A stretch of 51,754 bases of DNA from a virus (taxonomy: Duplodnaviria; Heunggongvirae; Uroviricota; Caudoviricetes). Every line of letters begins with the position of its first letter. Positions within the stretch are counted from its first letter, which is position 1. Shown piece by piece: positions 19,057 to 33,765 of this stretch. Below the pieces are notes generated by a model, which made no database searches, was not told where the DNA came from, and saw only the letters and a program-made list of their open reading frames with translations. Location of the stretch: the IMG/VR virus record IMGVR_UViG_2861038214_000004. One strand, 5' to 3'. The position numbers and the translations under genes were made by a program.

Positions 19057-19454
19057 GCAGAAACAGGCTCTGCAGGCCCGGCGTCCTCTGTCTGTTCAGG
19101 AGCATCATTCACCACAAACTCATACATACCGGACAGCCGGTACACCACGTTTTCAGCATGAGAAATTGCCTCCGTGGGCCAGGTGGTAAGCACTTCCTGC
19201 TCAATCTGTTTAACGGCTTCATTCATGGAAGGCAGCTTTGTCTTCTGCGGATGGTTATGCCACAGGGACATCGCCACCACAAAAGCGCCGGTTCTGATGG
19301 CGTCTTCCACAGTAAACTTCCGGTTGCTGTCTGACTCCGCCTGTTCTGCCTGTCGTTTCATCAGGGCGAGATGCTCAATACGCTGCAGGGCTGACAGTTC
19401 AGAAAGCGTGACGGTCACACCGTTATGTTCAAATGATTCGGTTTTCAGGAACAT
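19032..19454 (-). CDS. G: tail assembly chaperone G
   Basis: 140 aa, matches lambda G. Confidence 0.9.
   Translation of the reverse strand: MFLKTESFEHNGVTVTLSELSALQRIEHLALMKRQAEQAESDSNRKFTVEDAIRTGAFVVAMSLWHNHPQKTKLPSMNEAVKQIEQEVLTTWPTEAISHAENVVYRLSGMYEFVVNDAPEQTEDAGPAEPVSAGKCSMVS
19050..19056 (-). promoter_or_regulatory. G GGA AAG slippery heptamer for -1 ribosomal frameshift (G to G-T)
   Basis: Heptamer found on minus strand in zero-frame register GCG GGA AAG near the 3' end of G, as in lambda. Confidence 0.8.
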
Positions 19455-19469
19455 CTCTGACTCCCCGGA

Positions 19470-20210
19470 TTAACTGGCGGTGACGGTGATTTCTGCAACC
19501 GCAGCAAGTTCACCATTACCGGATACGACCGGAATGTTGACCTTGCCTGCAGCAACACCTTTCACGGTGATGGTCATACCACTGACCGACACGGTGGCTT
19601 TTGTTTTATCCGCAGACACCGCACGGAAGCTCTTGTCGGTTGCGCCTTCCGGCTGGAATGCCACGGTCAGCGTCGTGCTCTGCCCTTTCACCACCGAGGT
19701 GCTGGCAGGCGTCACGGTCATGCCGGTTGCCGCTGTTACCGTGCTGCGATCTTCTGCCATCGACGGACGTCCTACGTTGGTGACTTTCACCGTGCGGGTA
19801 ATCACTTCCTTCGCCGTCACCGCCTTACCGATACTGCTGACCCAGCCGCGGAACACATCGACCGTGCCGTTCGGGAAGCGGATTTTATAGGCACGGGTAT
19901 CACCTTCATTAAACCACGCCAGCAGCGCCTGCTGCCCCTGCTCTCCGGGCATCCACGCCAGCGTGAAGCTGGTATCTCCGGCAGATTTCTGCCCCTGCCC
20001 GGTCGCAGTCCAGTCTGCATCTTCATCATCGAGATAGCTGTCGTCATAGGACTCAGCGGTCAGTTCGCCGGGCGTCAGGTCTTTAACTTTTGCCAGACGC
20101 GACCAGTCAACGTCTGAAAGCGGGTTCGCATAAGGGTCACCGCTCCCCTTATAAACCCACAGGGTGGTCCCGGCACCTTTCACCGGCATTACAGGATTTG
20201 GTACAGGCAT
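19470..20210 (-). CDS. V: major tail protein V
   Basis: Matches lambda V from MPVPNP... ; start set at that Met (track ORF starts 10 codons upstream). Confidence 0.9.
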   Translation of the reverse strand: MPVPNPVMPVKGAGTTLWVYKGSGDPYANPLSDVDWSRLAKVKDLTPGELTAESYDDSYLDDEDADWTATGQGQKSAGDTSFTLAWMPGEQGQQALLAWFNEGDTRAYKIRFPNGTVDVFRGWVSSIGKAVTAKEVITRTVKVTNVGRPSMAEDRSTVTAATGMTVTPASTSVVKGQSTTLTVAFQPEGATDKSFRAVSADKTKATVSVSGMTITVKGVAAGKVNIPVVSGNGELAAVAEITVTAS

Positions 20211-20217
20211 AGCGTCC

Positions 20218-20613
20218 TCACATTTCATAGGTAATGACATAAGTCAGATCGGCTGAACTCCACAGGCCCGCATCATCGTCGCGCCGGTAGTCATAGCCAC
20301 TGGCCACCATACTGGTGATCAAATCTGACAGTGCCGGGATATCGCTCATCACCGGATAAATCCGGGACTCCATCCACGAATCCAGCTCTGAATCCGGCAC
20401 CTGAGCAGGCAGGGAAACTTCAATATGCAGCTCCGCCTGCCAGGTATCGCTGTCCAGCTCTTCGCCCGTGTATTCAGCGCCGGTGAGATAAACGGCAATT
20501 GCCGGAAAATCTTCCTCATCAAAAACAGCGGGGCGACCATCAAAAAGCGTCGCCCCGGTGTCATGCTTCTCCAGTGCATCCAGTACGGCTGCACGGAGTT
20601 CAGTATGTTTCAT
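20218..20613 (-). CDS. U: tail terminator protein U
   Basis: 131 aa, matches lambda U. Confidence 0.9.
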   Translation of the reverse strand: MKHTELRAAVLDALEKHDTGATLFDGRPAVFDEEDFPAIAVYLTGAEYTGEELDSDTWQAELHIEVSLPAQVPDSELDSWMESRIYPVMSDIPALSDLITSMVASGYDYRRDDDAGLWSSADLTYVITYEM

Positions 20614-21188
20614 CGCTTTATTACCATTCTCAGTTGATGCTGCAGCGCATAGCCCAGCTCTTTCGGGAGACGTTCACGCCGTATCCGTTCAATATTCTGT
20701 TTAAACGCCGTGGTCAGCGGCACCGCCATCGGGATTTTCACCACATCAATGGGGTAACGGTTTTTCCCGGCCACACGCTGCATGACATGCCACCGGCCAT
20801 TTTTCAGTTGCTGAATAAACGCGCCGGGAATACGACGGTTTCCCACCACAAGCACACTGCCGCCACCTTTCAGGGCTGAACGCTGCCCCTTTTTACGACG
20901 CCTGCGTCGAGACAGGACAACCCGCGCGTTACCCAGCTTTATTACGGGCAAATCCCCCCGGCTAACCCTGATTCTGGCCTGCGGATTTTTGACCGTGGCC
21001 CTTTTCAGCCTGGCCCTTTCCTTTACCAGTTTCCGGCGTACCTTTGTCTCACGGGCAACCTGTGCCACCGACTGCGATATCGCGGATGAAGCAACGCGGT
21101 TAATGGCCATTGCGGCGGCACCGGGCACCGCCGTTCTGCTGATACGGCTGAGGTTTTCAACGGCCTGCTCAAGACCTTTTATGGCCAT
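20610..21188 (-). CDS. Z: minor tail protein Z
   Basis: 192 aa, matches lambda Z. Confidence 0.9.
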   Translation of the reverse strand: MAIKGLEQAVENLSRISRTAVPGAAAMAINRVASSAISQSVAQVARETKVRRKLVKERARLKRATVKNPQARIRVSRGDLPVIKLGNARVVLSRRRRRKKGQRSALKGGGSVLVVGNRRIPGAFIQQLKNGRWHVMQRVAGKNRYPIDVVKIPMAVPLTTAFKQNIERIRRERLPKELGYALQHQLRMVIKR

Positions 21189-21199
21189 ACATCCCCCTT

Positions 21200-21553
21200 T
21201 CAGCGGCGACGGTTAACGGCAGGCGGTACGCCCCGCCCAAGCCAGAGATGACAGCTTCCGCCATCATCCGGCGAAATCCGGTCTATCCAGAAGTTTTCCT
21301 CACCGATGGTCAGCGTGTCGCCGCGCCGCAGCTGCCGCACATCATCAGTCCGGACAAACAGGGACGGGCTGGAGCCTTCAACGCGCACGCCCTGTCCGGC
21401 ATAGCTGATATTTTCAGGGTCATCAAAAACACCACGTATCACAGCACCTGACTGCTCACCGGATGTCATGGTGGCTGACGTTCCCATGTACCCGCGTATC
21501 GTTTCATCGGCGCGGGCAATGGCAGCATCGAACAGGTTATCGAAATCAGCCAC
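21200..21553 (-). CDS. FII: head-tail connector protein FII
   Basis: 117 aa, matches lambda FII. Confidence 0.9.
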   Translation of the reverse strand: MADFDNLFDAAIARADETIRGYMGTSATMTSGEQSGAVIRGVFDDPENISYAGQGVRVEGSSPSLFVRTDDVRQLRRGDTLTIGEENFWIDRISPDDGGSCHLWLGRGVPPAVNRRR

Positions 21554-21564
21554 AGCGCCTCCCG

Positions 21565-21963
21565 TTATTGCATTCTGGCCAGGCCGCGCTCTGTCATTTC
21601 GGCTGCCACACCGGCAGAGACACGAAACGCCGTTCCCGGCAGCACAAATGCCACAGGTTTATCCCGCGTGGCGTGAAGTGCATCAGTATGCAGCGTCACC
21701 AGTGCCACGACCGTGACCAGTTCAGCCGTATCCTGAATCACGGTATCCGTCTGTGCTGATACCACCTCATTTTCATGTCCGGTCAGTGCATTTTCCGGGC
21801 TGACAGACGTGTCCTGACCGGCTGCGTCATCCGTGTCATCAAGCTCCTCTTCCAGCTCTGCCACACGGAGCGCCAGTTCTTCTTTCGTCCCCGTCAGGCT
21901 GACATCACGGTTCAGTTGCTCACCCAGCGACCGGAGACGGGCAATCAGTTCATCTTTCGTCAT
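21565..21963 (-). CDS. FI: DNA packaging protein FI
   Basis: Matches lambda FI from MTKDELIARL; start set at that Met. Confidence 0.85.
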   Translation of the reverse strand: MTKDELIARLRSLGEQLNRDVSLTGTKEELALRVAELEEELDDTDDAAGQDTSVSPENALTGHENEVVSAQTDTVIQDTAELVTVVALVTLHTDALHATRDKPVAFVLPGTAFRVSAGVAAEMTERGLARMQ

Positions 21964-22004
21964 GAACTCCTCCACAGAGAGAAAATGGCCCCGAAGGGCC
22001 ACGA

Positions 22005-23030
22005 TTACGCCAGTTGTACGGAAACGAACTCATCAGGGTCAGCCAGCAGCATCAGCGGTGCTGACTGAATCATGGTGAACTCACGCGCCGGATCGCCGGT
22101 GGTCACCCAGTTTTTCGGGTAACGGGCAGAGGCGTTAATGCCTTCGCGCTGTGCGTCCGCATCCTGAATGCAGCCATAGGTGCGCAGACCGCGAGCCTGA
22201 GTGTTCCCCAGCACCATCGTGTTGTCCGGCAGGAAGTTCTTTTTGACGCCGTTTTCCACGTACTGTCCGGAATACACGACGATGGCCACATCGCCATACA
22301 TTCCCTTATAGGACACCGCTTTGCCCAGGTCTTTTACCGCTGTCTCCAGCTCGGAATGAGAGCCGCGACGGGTATCCAGCTTCTCCTTGACGGCTTTGAA
22401 GGAACGGAACAGCGCCCAGCCTTTCGGATCGAACACGATGATATTCACCACGCCGCTGGCGTTCAGCGCGTAGGCTTCGATATCGTCGGTCGGGTCATAC
22501 GTGGACTTGTCACGCTTGCTCCACTCCGTGCCGCCGGACTGCGTGATGTTGTTCGCCGCACTGCGGCCCATATCCACCTCAACCGGATCGAAGGCTTCAC
22601 CGGTCATGGTGTATTTGCCCTTGAGCACGGCAGAAACGGCCTGCATCTCTTCGACCTGAGCAATGGCCAGCTCTTCGTCTCGCATGTTCTGCATGATGAT
22701 GCGACGGCGGCGGTAAGCCGGGTCCGCCAGATTCTGCGGATCTTCATCCGGCAGGCGACGCAGGGTCATCTGCGGATTCACCTCATGCTTCGGCTTGACA
22801 TATCCCGGTGTAAATTCAGAGGTGGAGCCGCCACGGGAGCGGATAACCTCACCGGAAACAATCGGCGAAACGTACAGCGCCATGTTTACCAGTCCCGGAA
22901 TTTGTGAGAGATAGACTTTCTCCGTGGTGAAGGGATAGCTCTCACGGAAAAAGAGACGCAGAAACAGCGGATCAAACTTAAATTTCTGCTCATTTGCCGC
23001 CAGCAGCTGGGCGGTTGTGTACATCGACAT
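22005..23030 (-). CDS. E: major capsid protein E
   Basis: Matches lambda E from MSMYTTAQLL; 341 aa. Confidence 0.9.
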   Translation of the reverse strand: MSMYTTAQLLAANEQKFKFDPLFLRLFFRESYPFTTEKVYLSQIPGLVNMALYVSPIVSGEVIRSRGGSTSEFTPGYVKPKHEVNPQMTLRRLPDEDPQNLADPAYRRRRIIMQNMRDEELAIAQVEEMQAVSAVLKGKYTMTGEAFDPVEVDMGRSAANNITQSGGTEWSKRDKSTYDPTDDIEAYALNASGVVNIIVFDPKGWALFRSFKAVKEKLDTRRGSHSELETAVKDLGKAVSYKGMYGDVAIVVYSGQYVENGVKKNFLPDNTMVLGNTQARGLRTYGCIQDADAQREGINASARYPKNWVTTGDPAREFTMIQSAPLMLLADPDEFVSVQLA

Positions 23031-23085
23031 AAAAAAATCCCGTAAAAAAAGCCGCACAGGCGGCCTTTAGTGATGAAGGGTAAAG

Positions 23086-23418
23086 TTAAACGATGCTGAT
23101 TGCCGTTCCGGCAAACGCGGTCCGTTTTTTCGTCTCGTCGCTGGCAGCCTCCGGCCAGAGCACATCCTCATAACGGAACGTGCCGGACTTGTAGAACGTC
23201 AGCGTGGTGCTGGTCTGGTCAGCAGCAACCGCAAGAATGCCAACGGCAGCACCGTCGGTGGTGCCATCCCACGCAACCAGCTTACGGCTGGAGGTGTCCA
23301 GCATCAGCGGGGTCATTGCAGGCGCTTTCGCACTCAATCCGCCGGGCGCGGTTGCGGTATGAGCCGGGTCACTGTTGCCCAGCGGCTGGTAATGGGTAAA
23401 GGTTTCTTTGCTCGTCAT
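23086..23418 (-). CDS. D: head decoration protein D
   Basis: Matches lambda D from [12 protein letters not shown]. Confidence 0.9.
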   Translation of the reverse strand: MTSKETFTHYQPLGNSDPAHTATAPGGLSAKAPAMTPLMLDTSSRKLVAWDGTTDGAAVGILAVAADQTSTTLTFYKSGTFRYEDVLWPEAASDETKKRTAFAGTAISIV

Positions 23419-23427
23419 AAACATCCC

Positions 23428-24033
23428 TTACACTGGTGTGTTCAGCAAATCGTTAACGGCATCAGATGCCGGGTTACCTGCAGCCAGCGGTGCCGGTGCC
23501 CCCTGCATCAGACGATCCAGCGCAGTGTCACTGCGCGCCTGTGCACTCTGTGGTGCTGCGGCCAGAATGCGGCGGGCCGTTTCCACGGTCATACCGGGGG
23601 TTTCTGCCAGCACGCGTGCCTGTTCTTCGCGTCCGTGAGCCTCCTCACAGTTGAGGATCCCCATAATGCGGCTGTTTTCTGCCGCAACCGCTGCGGTGAT
23701 CTGCGCGTTCACGTCCGGCTGCGCCGCGCTGGCGTTTTCGCCCTCCGTCGCTGGCACCACGTCAGTAACGTCAGCCTGCGAAGCAGTGGCTGAAACAGTT
23801 GTTGATTGAGTCTCTTTGGTCATTCGCCCTCCTGAGAGACGGGATTTACGTGCATCCAGTGCATCACGCATAACGGTGATCGCATCGGTGCTGTTGACAA
23901 GTTCATCAGCCAGTCCGGCATCAATGGCCTCCTGACCGCTGTACACTGCAGCCTCGGTATCCAGCACAGCCTGCACGGACAGGCCGGTATATGCCGACAC
24001 CTTCTGTGCAAACATCCGGCGGGTTGCATCCAT
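23428..24033 (-). CDS. nu3: scaffolding protein Nu3 (in-frame internal start within C)
   Basis: Internal Met (MDATRRMF) 201 codons from the C stop, as in lambda nested C/Nu3 arrangement. Confidence 0.6.
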   Translation of the reverse strand: MDATRRMFAQKVSAYTGLSVQAVLDTEAAVYSGQEAIDAGLADELVNSTDAITVMRDALDARKSRLSGGRMTKETQSTTVSATASQADVTDVVPATEGENASAAQPDVNAQITAAVAAENSRIMGILNCEEAHGREEQARVLAETPGMTVETARRILAAAPQSAQARSDTALDRLMQGAPAPLAAGNPASDAVNDLLNTPV

Positions 24034-24727
24034 CCGGGACTGCAATGTTTCCCGGACATCATCCGGTAGATGGCTGTAGGGGTTGCCATCCACCTTATGG
24101 CTGCCGCTGTAAATCAGCGTGATTTCCACGCCCTGTTTCTCCAGTGCAGCGCCGTAATTACTGTGAGCCATCATGACGCCGATGGAGCCTGTCCGGGCGG
24201 TCTGCGTGACCAGACGCCGGGAGGCGGCACTGGCAAGCAGCTGACCTGCGCTGCAGTTCATGTCATTGGCCAGCGCCCATACCGGCTTTATGTCACGCAC
24301 ACGGGCGATGATGTCAGCGCAGTCAAATGCCCCCGCCACCATCCCGCCGGGCGTGTCCATATCGAGCAGAATGCCGTCCACCATCGGATCGCTGGCAGCC
24401 TGTTGCAGACGGGCGATAATGCCGTTGTAACCGGTCATCCCCGAGTACGGCTGCAGCGCCCGCGTCCGGCTGACCAGCGTGCCGGACACCGGCAGCACGG
24501 CGATGCCGTTCATGACCTGATAACTGCGGGCCTGTCGTGGTCCGTCATCATCACCGGATAATGCCAGCGTCGCGAGTGCCTCCTGGGCAGTCAGGCTGTC
24601 GCCGGACACCGCATCCATCAGGCGGCTGATCCCAAGCTGGCCTGCAAGCGCACAAAAGAAAACCCGCGCATAGGCGGGTTCAAGCATCAGCGGCTCATTA
24701 AAAGCCATGCTGGCAATATGCGGGAGA

Positions 24728-24747
<20 letters not shown>
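23428..24747 (-). CDS. C: capsid assembly protease C; apparent GTG start
   Basis: 439 aa matching lambda C; first codon here is GTG preceded by AGGAGG; overlaps B 3' end. Confidence 0.85.
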
Positions 24748-28428
<3,681 letters not shown>

Positions 28429-28454
<26 letters not shown>

Positions 28455-28974
28455 TCAGCAACCCCGGTATCAGTTCATCCAGCGCGGCTGCTTTGTTCAT
28501 GGCTTTGATGATATCCCGTTTCAGGAAATCAACATGTCGGTTTTCCAGTTCCGGAAAACGCCGCTGCACCGACAGGGGGATCCCGTCGAGAATACTGGCA
28601 ATTTCACCTGCGATCCGCGACAGCACGAAAGAACAGAATGCGGTTTCCACCACTTCAGCGGAGTCTCTGGCATTTTTCAGCTCCTGTGCGTCGGCCTGCG
28701 CACGCGTAAGTCGATGGCGTTCGTACTCAATAGTCCCTGGCTGGAGATCTGTCTCGCTGGCCTGTCGCAGTTCTTCAACCTCCCGGCGCAGCTTTTCGTT
28801 CTCAATTTCAGCATCCCTTTCGGCATACCATTTTATGACGGCGGCAGAGTCATAAAGCACCTCATTACCCTTCCCACCGCCTCGCAGAACGGGCATTCCC
28901 TGCTCCTGCCAGTTCTGAATGGTACGGATACTCGCACCGAAAATGTCAGCCAGCTGCTTTTTGTTGACTTCCAT
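28429..28974 (-). CDS. nu1: terminase small subunit Nu1
   Basis: 181 aa, matches lambda Nu1; 26-nt overlap with A as in lambda. Confidence 0.95.
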
Positions 28975-29151
28975 TGTTCATTCCACGGATAAAAACAGAG
29001 AAAGGAAACGACAGAGGCCAAAAAGCCCGTTTTCAGCACCTGTCGCTTCCTTTCTTTTCAGAGGGTATTTTAAATAAAAACATTAAGTTATGACGAAGAA
29101 GAACGGAAACGCCTTAAACCGGAAAATTTTCATAAATAGCGAAAACCCGCG
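28975..29151. promoter_or_regulatory. cosB region (terminase/IHF binding) between cosN and Nu1
   Basis: Sequence is the reverse complement of the lambda left-end leader as recalled. Confidence 0.6.
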
Positions 29152-29163
29152 AGGTCGCCGCCC
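29152..29163. promoter_or_regulatory. cos: cosN: 12-nt cohesive end sequence (rc of GGGCGGCGACCT)
   Basis: aggtcgccgccc found ~190 nt upstream of Nu1 start; flanks match lambda left and right end sequences. Confidence 0.85.
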
Positions 29164-29362
29164 CGTAAACTGTCGGATCGCCGGAAAGGACCCGCAAAAT
29201 GATAATAATTATCATCTACATGTCACAACGTGCATCTACGCCATCAAACCACGTCAAATAATCAATTATGACGCAGGTATCGTATTAATTGATCTGCATC
29301 AACTTAACGTAAAAACAACTTCAGACAATACAAATCAGTGACACTGAATACAGGGCAACCTC

Positions 29363-29596
29363 ATGTCAACGAAGAACAGAACCCGCAGAACAACAACCCG
29401 CAACATCCGCTTTCCTAACCCAATGATTGAACAAATTAACATCGCTCTTGATCAAAAAGGGTCTGGGAATTTCTCAGCCTGGGTCATTGAAGCCTGCCGC
29501 CGAAGACTGTGCTCAGAAAAAAGAGTTTCGCCTGAAGCAAACAAAGAAAAGAGTGACATTACTGAATTGCTCAGAAAGCAGGTCAGACCAGATTGA
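29363..29596 (+). CDS. small protein homologous to the lambda right-end ORF (YlcI/DUF3950-like, putative ribbon-helix-helix)
   Basis: MSTKNRTRRTTTRNIRFPN...FSAWVIEACRRRL matches my recollection of the lambda cos-proximal ORF; C-terminus differs. Confidence 0.6.
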   Translation: MSTKNRTRRTTTRNIRFPNPMIEQINIALDQKGSGNFSAWVIEACRRRLCSEKRVSPEANKEKSDITELLRKQVRPD

Positions 29597-29638
29597 AGCA
29601 ATTTAGATAATCGTGCAGACTAGGTACCCTCATATCAC

Positions 29639-30064
29639 ATGGAAGGTACTACAATGGCTCAGGTTGCCATTTTTAAACAAATATTCGATAAAGTGCGAAA
29701 TAATTTAAACTATCACTGGTTTTATTCTGAACTAAAACGTCACAATGTCTCACATTACATTTACTATTTAGCCACAGAGAATATTCATCTTGTTCTTGAA
29801 AACGATAATACGGTTTTAATAAAAGGACAGGGTAAGGTTGTAAATGTAAGATTTTCAAAAAATAAATGCCTTATAGAAGCCACCTTAAAAGGATTCAAAT
29901 CAGGAGAGTTATCATTTTACGAATACAGGAAAAATCTTGCTACAGCAGGGGTTTTCAGATGGATTACAAATATCCACGAAAACAAAAGGTATTACTATAC
30001 CTTTGATAATTCATTACTCTTTACTGAGAACATTCAGAACACTACACAAATATTTCCGCACTAA
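29639..30064 (+). CDS. protein homologous to the lambda right-end ORF of unknown function (YbcV/DUF1398-like)
   Basis: MAQVAIFK...[22 protein letters not shown] resembles the lambda gene upstream of bor as recalled. Confidence 0.55.
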   Translation: MEGTTMAQVAIFKQIFDKVRNNLNYHWFYSELKRHNVSHYIYYLATENIHLVLENDNTVLIKGQGKVVNVRFSKNKCLIEATLKGFKSGELSFYEYRKNLATAGVFRWITNIHENKRYYYTFDNSLLFTENIQNTTQIFPH

Positions 30065-30555
30065 ATCATAACGTCCGGTTTCTTCCGTGCCAGAACCGGA
30101 CTCGCTGGCATGATGAAATATGTGTACCCGGTAACCCCGGTGTGCATCGTTTTTGATTATTCCCGCACACTCGCGCAGAAGGAGTTCCCCGTCGGGCTAC
30201 GGTCTCTGTTAATACGGGAATACGGCGACGATACAGCGCATGATGTGTCAGGCTTGAATACCTTTATCCTTTAAAAGGGATATCAGTTAAGTTATCCCGT
30301 GTAGGGTATAAGCCATTATCAAAGCCACTCTGTAGGAAGTGGCTTTTGTAATGGCAATAAAAAGCCCCGCGAATGCGAGGCTAAATCCTGGTATTTGTAA
30401 TGACTGGCTCTTATCTCAACGCAGCCCCTTACCGCGCGCAAAATGCTCAATATCAAGCATCAGCAATGAGATGTTTAATCTGGATTCACTCCAGAAGTGA
30501 GCACCACCCTGTCTACAGAGCCAGATGTGAAGGATGATGAGTAAAATTATCGCTA

Positions 30556-31023
30556 TCATCGAAGGCATTGCGTCCTGATGTATTCCTGAAGCGTTCTCAG
30601 TGCTGTTTGGTCGCGGATAATTCCGTCCCGGATACCGAGAACGTTTCGTCCAGCAACTGGAGAGAGTTCGACGGTGGCATCATTGCCCATGCCGGAGGCG
30701 CTGGAGGTTTCGGCTGAGGATGGCACAGGGCATTTTCCTTTGACGAGCACCCGACCCCCATTATCAAGCTTGCGCCGAAGAGCATCATTTTCAGCTTTCG
30801 CATCAGCTAACTCCTTCGTGTATTTATCATCGAGTGCATCAGCATCACGCTGGCGCTGCTGCATGTCAGTAATGGTGGCGTTCGCCTTCTCCAGTTCACT
30901 GGCCTTGTTATCGCGCTGTTCTTTGTAGGCGATTGCATTATCACGGTAATGATTAACAGCCCATGACAGGCAGACGATGATGCAGATAACCAGAGCGGAG
31001 ATAATCGCAGTTACCCTGCTCAT
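30556..31023 (-). CDS. Rz: spanin inner-membrane subunit Rz
   Basis: N-terminal TM and coiled-coil region match lambda Rz; C-terminal third differs; ATGA overlap with R stop. Confidence 0.85.
   Translation of the reverse strand: MSRVTAIISALVICIIVCLSWAVNHYRDNAIAYKEQRDNKASELEKANATITDMQQRQRDADALDDKYTKELADAKAENDALRRKLDNGGRVLVKGKCPVPSSAETSSASGMGNDATVELSPVAGRNVLGIRDGIIRDQTALRTLQEYIRTQCLR
30597..30803 (-). CDS. Rz1: spanin outer-membrane lipoprotein Rz1, embedded in the +1 frame of Rz
   Basis: Embedded ORF with lipobox-like GVGCSS and proline-rich [11 protein letters not shown]; exact start uncertain. Confidence 0.7.
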   Translation of the reverse strand: MRKLKMMLFGASLIMGVGCSSKENALCHPQPKPPAPPAWAMMPPSNSLQLLDETFSVSGTELSATKQH

Positions 31024-31517
31024 TGTTGCCCCCACAAACAGACCTCACGCTCAATCTCACGACGAGTCATGAGACCTTTCCATTGCTTACCGCCAGCATA
31101 TGTCCAGCGACGTAGCTGATCACATGCGCCTTTGATATCGCCCTGGTTTATTTTGCGAAGAAGCGTCGATGTTCTGAAATTGCCAGCACCCACGTTGTAA
31201 ACGAATGAGTAAAGAGCGCCGCGCGTTGTTTCCGGTATATCGACTTTGATGTACGGGTTAATTTGTCTGGCGACAGTGGCAAGGTCTTTATTCAAGAGTG
31301 CTTTGCATTCTGCTTTGGTATACGTTTTACCGAGCATGATGTCTTTTCCTGTATGCCCGTGACATACAGTCCATACACCAACAATATCTTTGTATGGTAT
31401 GTAGCTGACACCCTCCAGACCATCGTTACCACTTGAGCCAGTGATTAACACTGATGCTATAGCAATTGCTCCGCCACCAATAGCAGCAGCAACGGCTTTT
31501 CGTAATGATGGAGGCAT
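31020..31517 (-). CDS. R: SAR endolysin (phage-21-type true lysozyme), not lambda R transglycosylase
   Basis: N-terminal Gly/Ala-rich signal-anchor-release segment ([20 protein letters not shown]) followed by T4-lysozyme-like fold motifs; resembles R21 from recall. Confidence 0.85.
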   Translation of the reverse strand: MPPSLRKAVAAAIGGGAIAIASVLITGSSGNDGLEGVSYIPYKDIVGVWTVCHGHTGKDIMLGKTYTKAECKALLNKDLATVARQINPYIKVDIPETTRGALYSFVYNVGAGNFRTSTLLRKINQGDIKGACDQLRRWTYAGGKQWKGLMTRREIEREVCLWGQQ

Positions 31518-31732
31518 TATTCACCTCTCGCAGCCTTGCGCTTATCTTCTTTAATCTTGAAATAAAGGTTTGTCAGGTACGTCAGCAGGCCAAATACCAA
31601 GCTACCCAGCACACCTATTGCTGCCCACTGTGAGGGCGTGACTTTATCTAGCAGCTGTAAAAACCAGTACCCGGCACTACCTGCTGAGGTGCCATAGGCG
31701 ACACCCGTTGTTAACTTATCCATGGATTTCAT
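31517..31732 (-). CDS. S: pinholin (phage-21 S21-type), dual-start motif MKSM
   Basis: 71 aa with two TM segments, resembles S21 from recall. Confidence 0.85.
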
Positions 31733-31836
31733 AACCCCACCTCGCAGACAAAGCGGGTGTAAATTGAGGGAATACTACGAAACGTAACAGACTCGGAGTC
31801 AGTGAATAACTCAGGTATTGGGTTATCAGCTAATAT

Positions 31837-31877
31837 CGAGACTCAAAAAATGGAAAAACCCGCTCGACGGCGGGTTT
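31837..31877 (-). terminator. intrinsic terminator ~105 nt upstream of S on the late strand (possible tR'-type)
   Basis: aaacccgc / gcgggttt hairpin followed by TTTTTCCATTTTTT on the minus strand. Confidence 0.45.
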
Positions 31878-32436
31878 AAGCTGTGTGACGAAGTAACCAC
31901 TCTTAACAGCATAACCAATTTTTTACGTACGTAAACCACTAAATGATATTTGCGAGAATGCTACCGAGTATTGAAAACACCACTACAAATACATAAGCAA
32001 ATCCCAACAAATAACCAACAAATAATTTCCAGTGTTATTTTTAGCCGATTTAAATTGAACCTTCAAATTATAGAGCACTTATAAATAACAACCGTTAATA
32101 TAAATTGGCTAATAGATTTATTTTTATTCAGCCAAGAGCTATGAATAGGATTCGATAGAAAAAAGTTCAGATAAAAATAGAGATCTACTTCACAAATCAA
32201 ACGAGAAACCAAAACTTACATCTTGAAATAATCACATTGATTAGATGAATATTTATCGCGCAGTGACATCATTTTTTAATAATAGTTCAAAAAAAAGGGC
32301 TCACGATGAAAAAATTAACAGTGGCAATTTCTGCTGTAGCTGCATCAGTACTGATGGCGATGTCTGCTCAGGCAGCTGAAATTTATAATAAAGACAGTAA
32401 CAAGCTGGATCTGTACGGGAAAGTTAATGCTAAGCA

Positions 32437-33765
32437 CTGAGAGATCCCCTCATAATTTCCCCAAAGCGTAACCATGTGTGAATAAATTTTGAGCTAGTAG
32501 GGTTGCAGCCACGAGTAAGTCTTCCCTTGTTATTGTGTAGCCAGAATGCCGCAAAACTTCCATGCCTAAGCGAACTGTTGAGAGTACGTTTCGATTTCTG
32601 ACTGTGTTAGCCTGGAAGTGCTTGTCCCAACCTTGTTTCTGAGCATGAACGCCCGCAAGCCAACATGTTAGTTGAAGCATCAGGGCGATTAGCAGCATGA
32701 TATCAAAACGCTCTGAGCTGCTCGTTCGGCTATGGCGTAGGCCTAGTCCGTAGGCAGGACTTTTCAAGTCTCGGAAGGTTTCTTCAATCTGCATTCGCTT
32801 CGAATAGATATTAACAAGTTGTTTGGGTGTTCGAATTTCAACAGGTAAGTTAGTTGCTAGAATCCATGGCTCCTTTGCCGACGCTGAGTAGATTTTAGGT
32901 GACGGGTGGTGACAATGAGTCCGTGTCGAGCGCTGATTTTTTCGGCCTTTAGAGCGAGATTTATACAATAGAATTTGGCATGAGATTGGATTGCTTTTAG
33001 TCAGCCTCTTATAGCCTAAAGTCTTTGAGTGACTAGATGACATATCATGTAAGTTGCTGATAGGTTTCCAGTTTTCCGCTCCTAGGTCTGCATATTGTAC
33101 TTTTCCTCTTACTCGACTTAACCAGTACCAACCCAGCTTCTCAACGGATTTATACCATGGCACTTTAAAGCCAGCATCACTGACAATGAGCGGTGTGGTG
33201 TTACTCGGTAGAATGCTCGCAAGGTCGGCTAGAAATTGGTCATGAGCTTTCTTTGAACATTGCTCTGAAAGCGGGAACGCTTTCTCATAAAGAGTAACAG
33301 AACGACCGTGTAGTGCGACTGAAGCTCGCAATACCATAAGCCGTTTTTGCTCACGGATATCAGACCAGTCAACAAGTACAATGGGCATCGTATTGCCCGA
33401 ACAGATAAAGCTAGCATGCCAACGGTATACAGCGAGTCGCTCTTTGTGGAGGTGACGATTACCTAACAATCGGTCGATTCGTTTGATGTTATGTTTTGTT
33501 CTCGCTTTGGTTGGCAGGTTACGGCCAAGTTCGGTAAGAGTGAGAGTTTTACAGTCAAGTAATGCGTGGCAAGCCAACGTTAAGCTGTTGAGTCGTTTTA
33601 AGTGTAATTCGGGGCAGAATTGGTAAAGAGAGTCGTGTAAAATATCGAGTTCGCACATCTTGTTGTCTGATTATTGATTTTTCGCGAAACCATTTGATCA
33701 TATGACAAGATGTGTATCCACCTTAACTTAATGATTTTTACCAAAATCATTAGGGGATTCATCAG
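32437..33765 (-). mobile_element. IS10: IS10 insertion sequence, 1329 bp, with 9-bp target duplication TGCTAAGCA (32428..32436 and 33766..33774)
   Basis: Ends CTGAGAGATCCCC (inside end) and rc of CTGATGAATCCCC (outside end) recognised; transposase ORF inside; TSD matches the IS10 hotspot NGCTNAGCN. Confidence 0.9.
32450..33658 (-). CDS. IS10 transposase
   Basis: 402-aa ORF beginning MCELDILHDSLYQ, recalled as Tn10/IS10 transposase. Confidence 0.9.
   Translation of the reverse strand: MCELDILHDSLYQFCPELHLKRLNSLTLACHALLDCKTLTLTELGRNLPTKARTKHNIKRIDRLLGNRHLHKERLAVYRWHASFICSGNTMPIVLVDWSDIREQKRLMVLRASVALHGRSVTLYEKAFPLSEQCSKKAHDQFLADLASILPSNTTPLIVSDAGFKVPWYKSVEKLGWYWLSRVRGKVQYADLGAENWKPISNLHDMSSSHSKTLGYKRLTKSNPISCQILLYKSRSKGRKNQRSTRTHCHHPSPKIYSASAKEPWILATNLPVEIRTPKQLVNIYSKRMQIEETFRDLKSPAYGLGLRHSRTSSSERFDIMLLIALMLQLTCWLAGVHAQKQGWDKHFQANTVRNRNVLSTVRLGMEVLRHSGYTITREDLLVAATLLAQNLFTHGYALGKL

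Noticed and set aside
29090-29341. 83-aa plus-strand ORF spanning cosN
   Set aside because: It crosses the cohesive-end site, so it would be split in linear virion DNA; the region matches the non-coding lambda right-end sequence.
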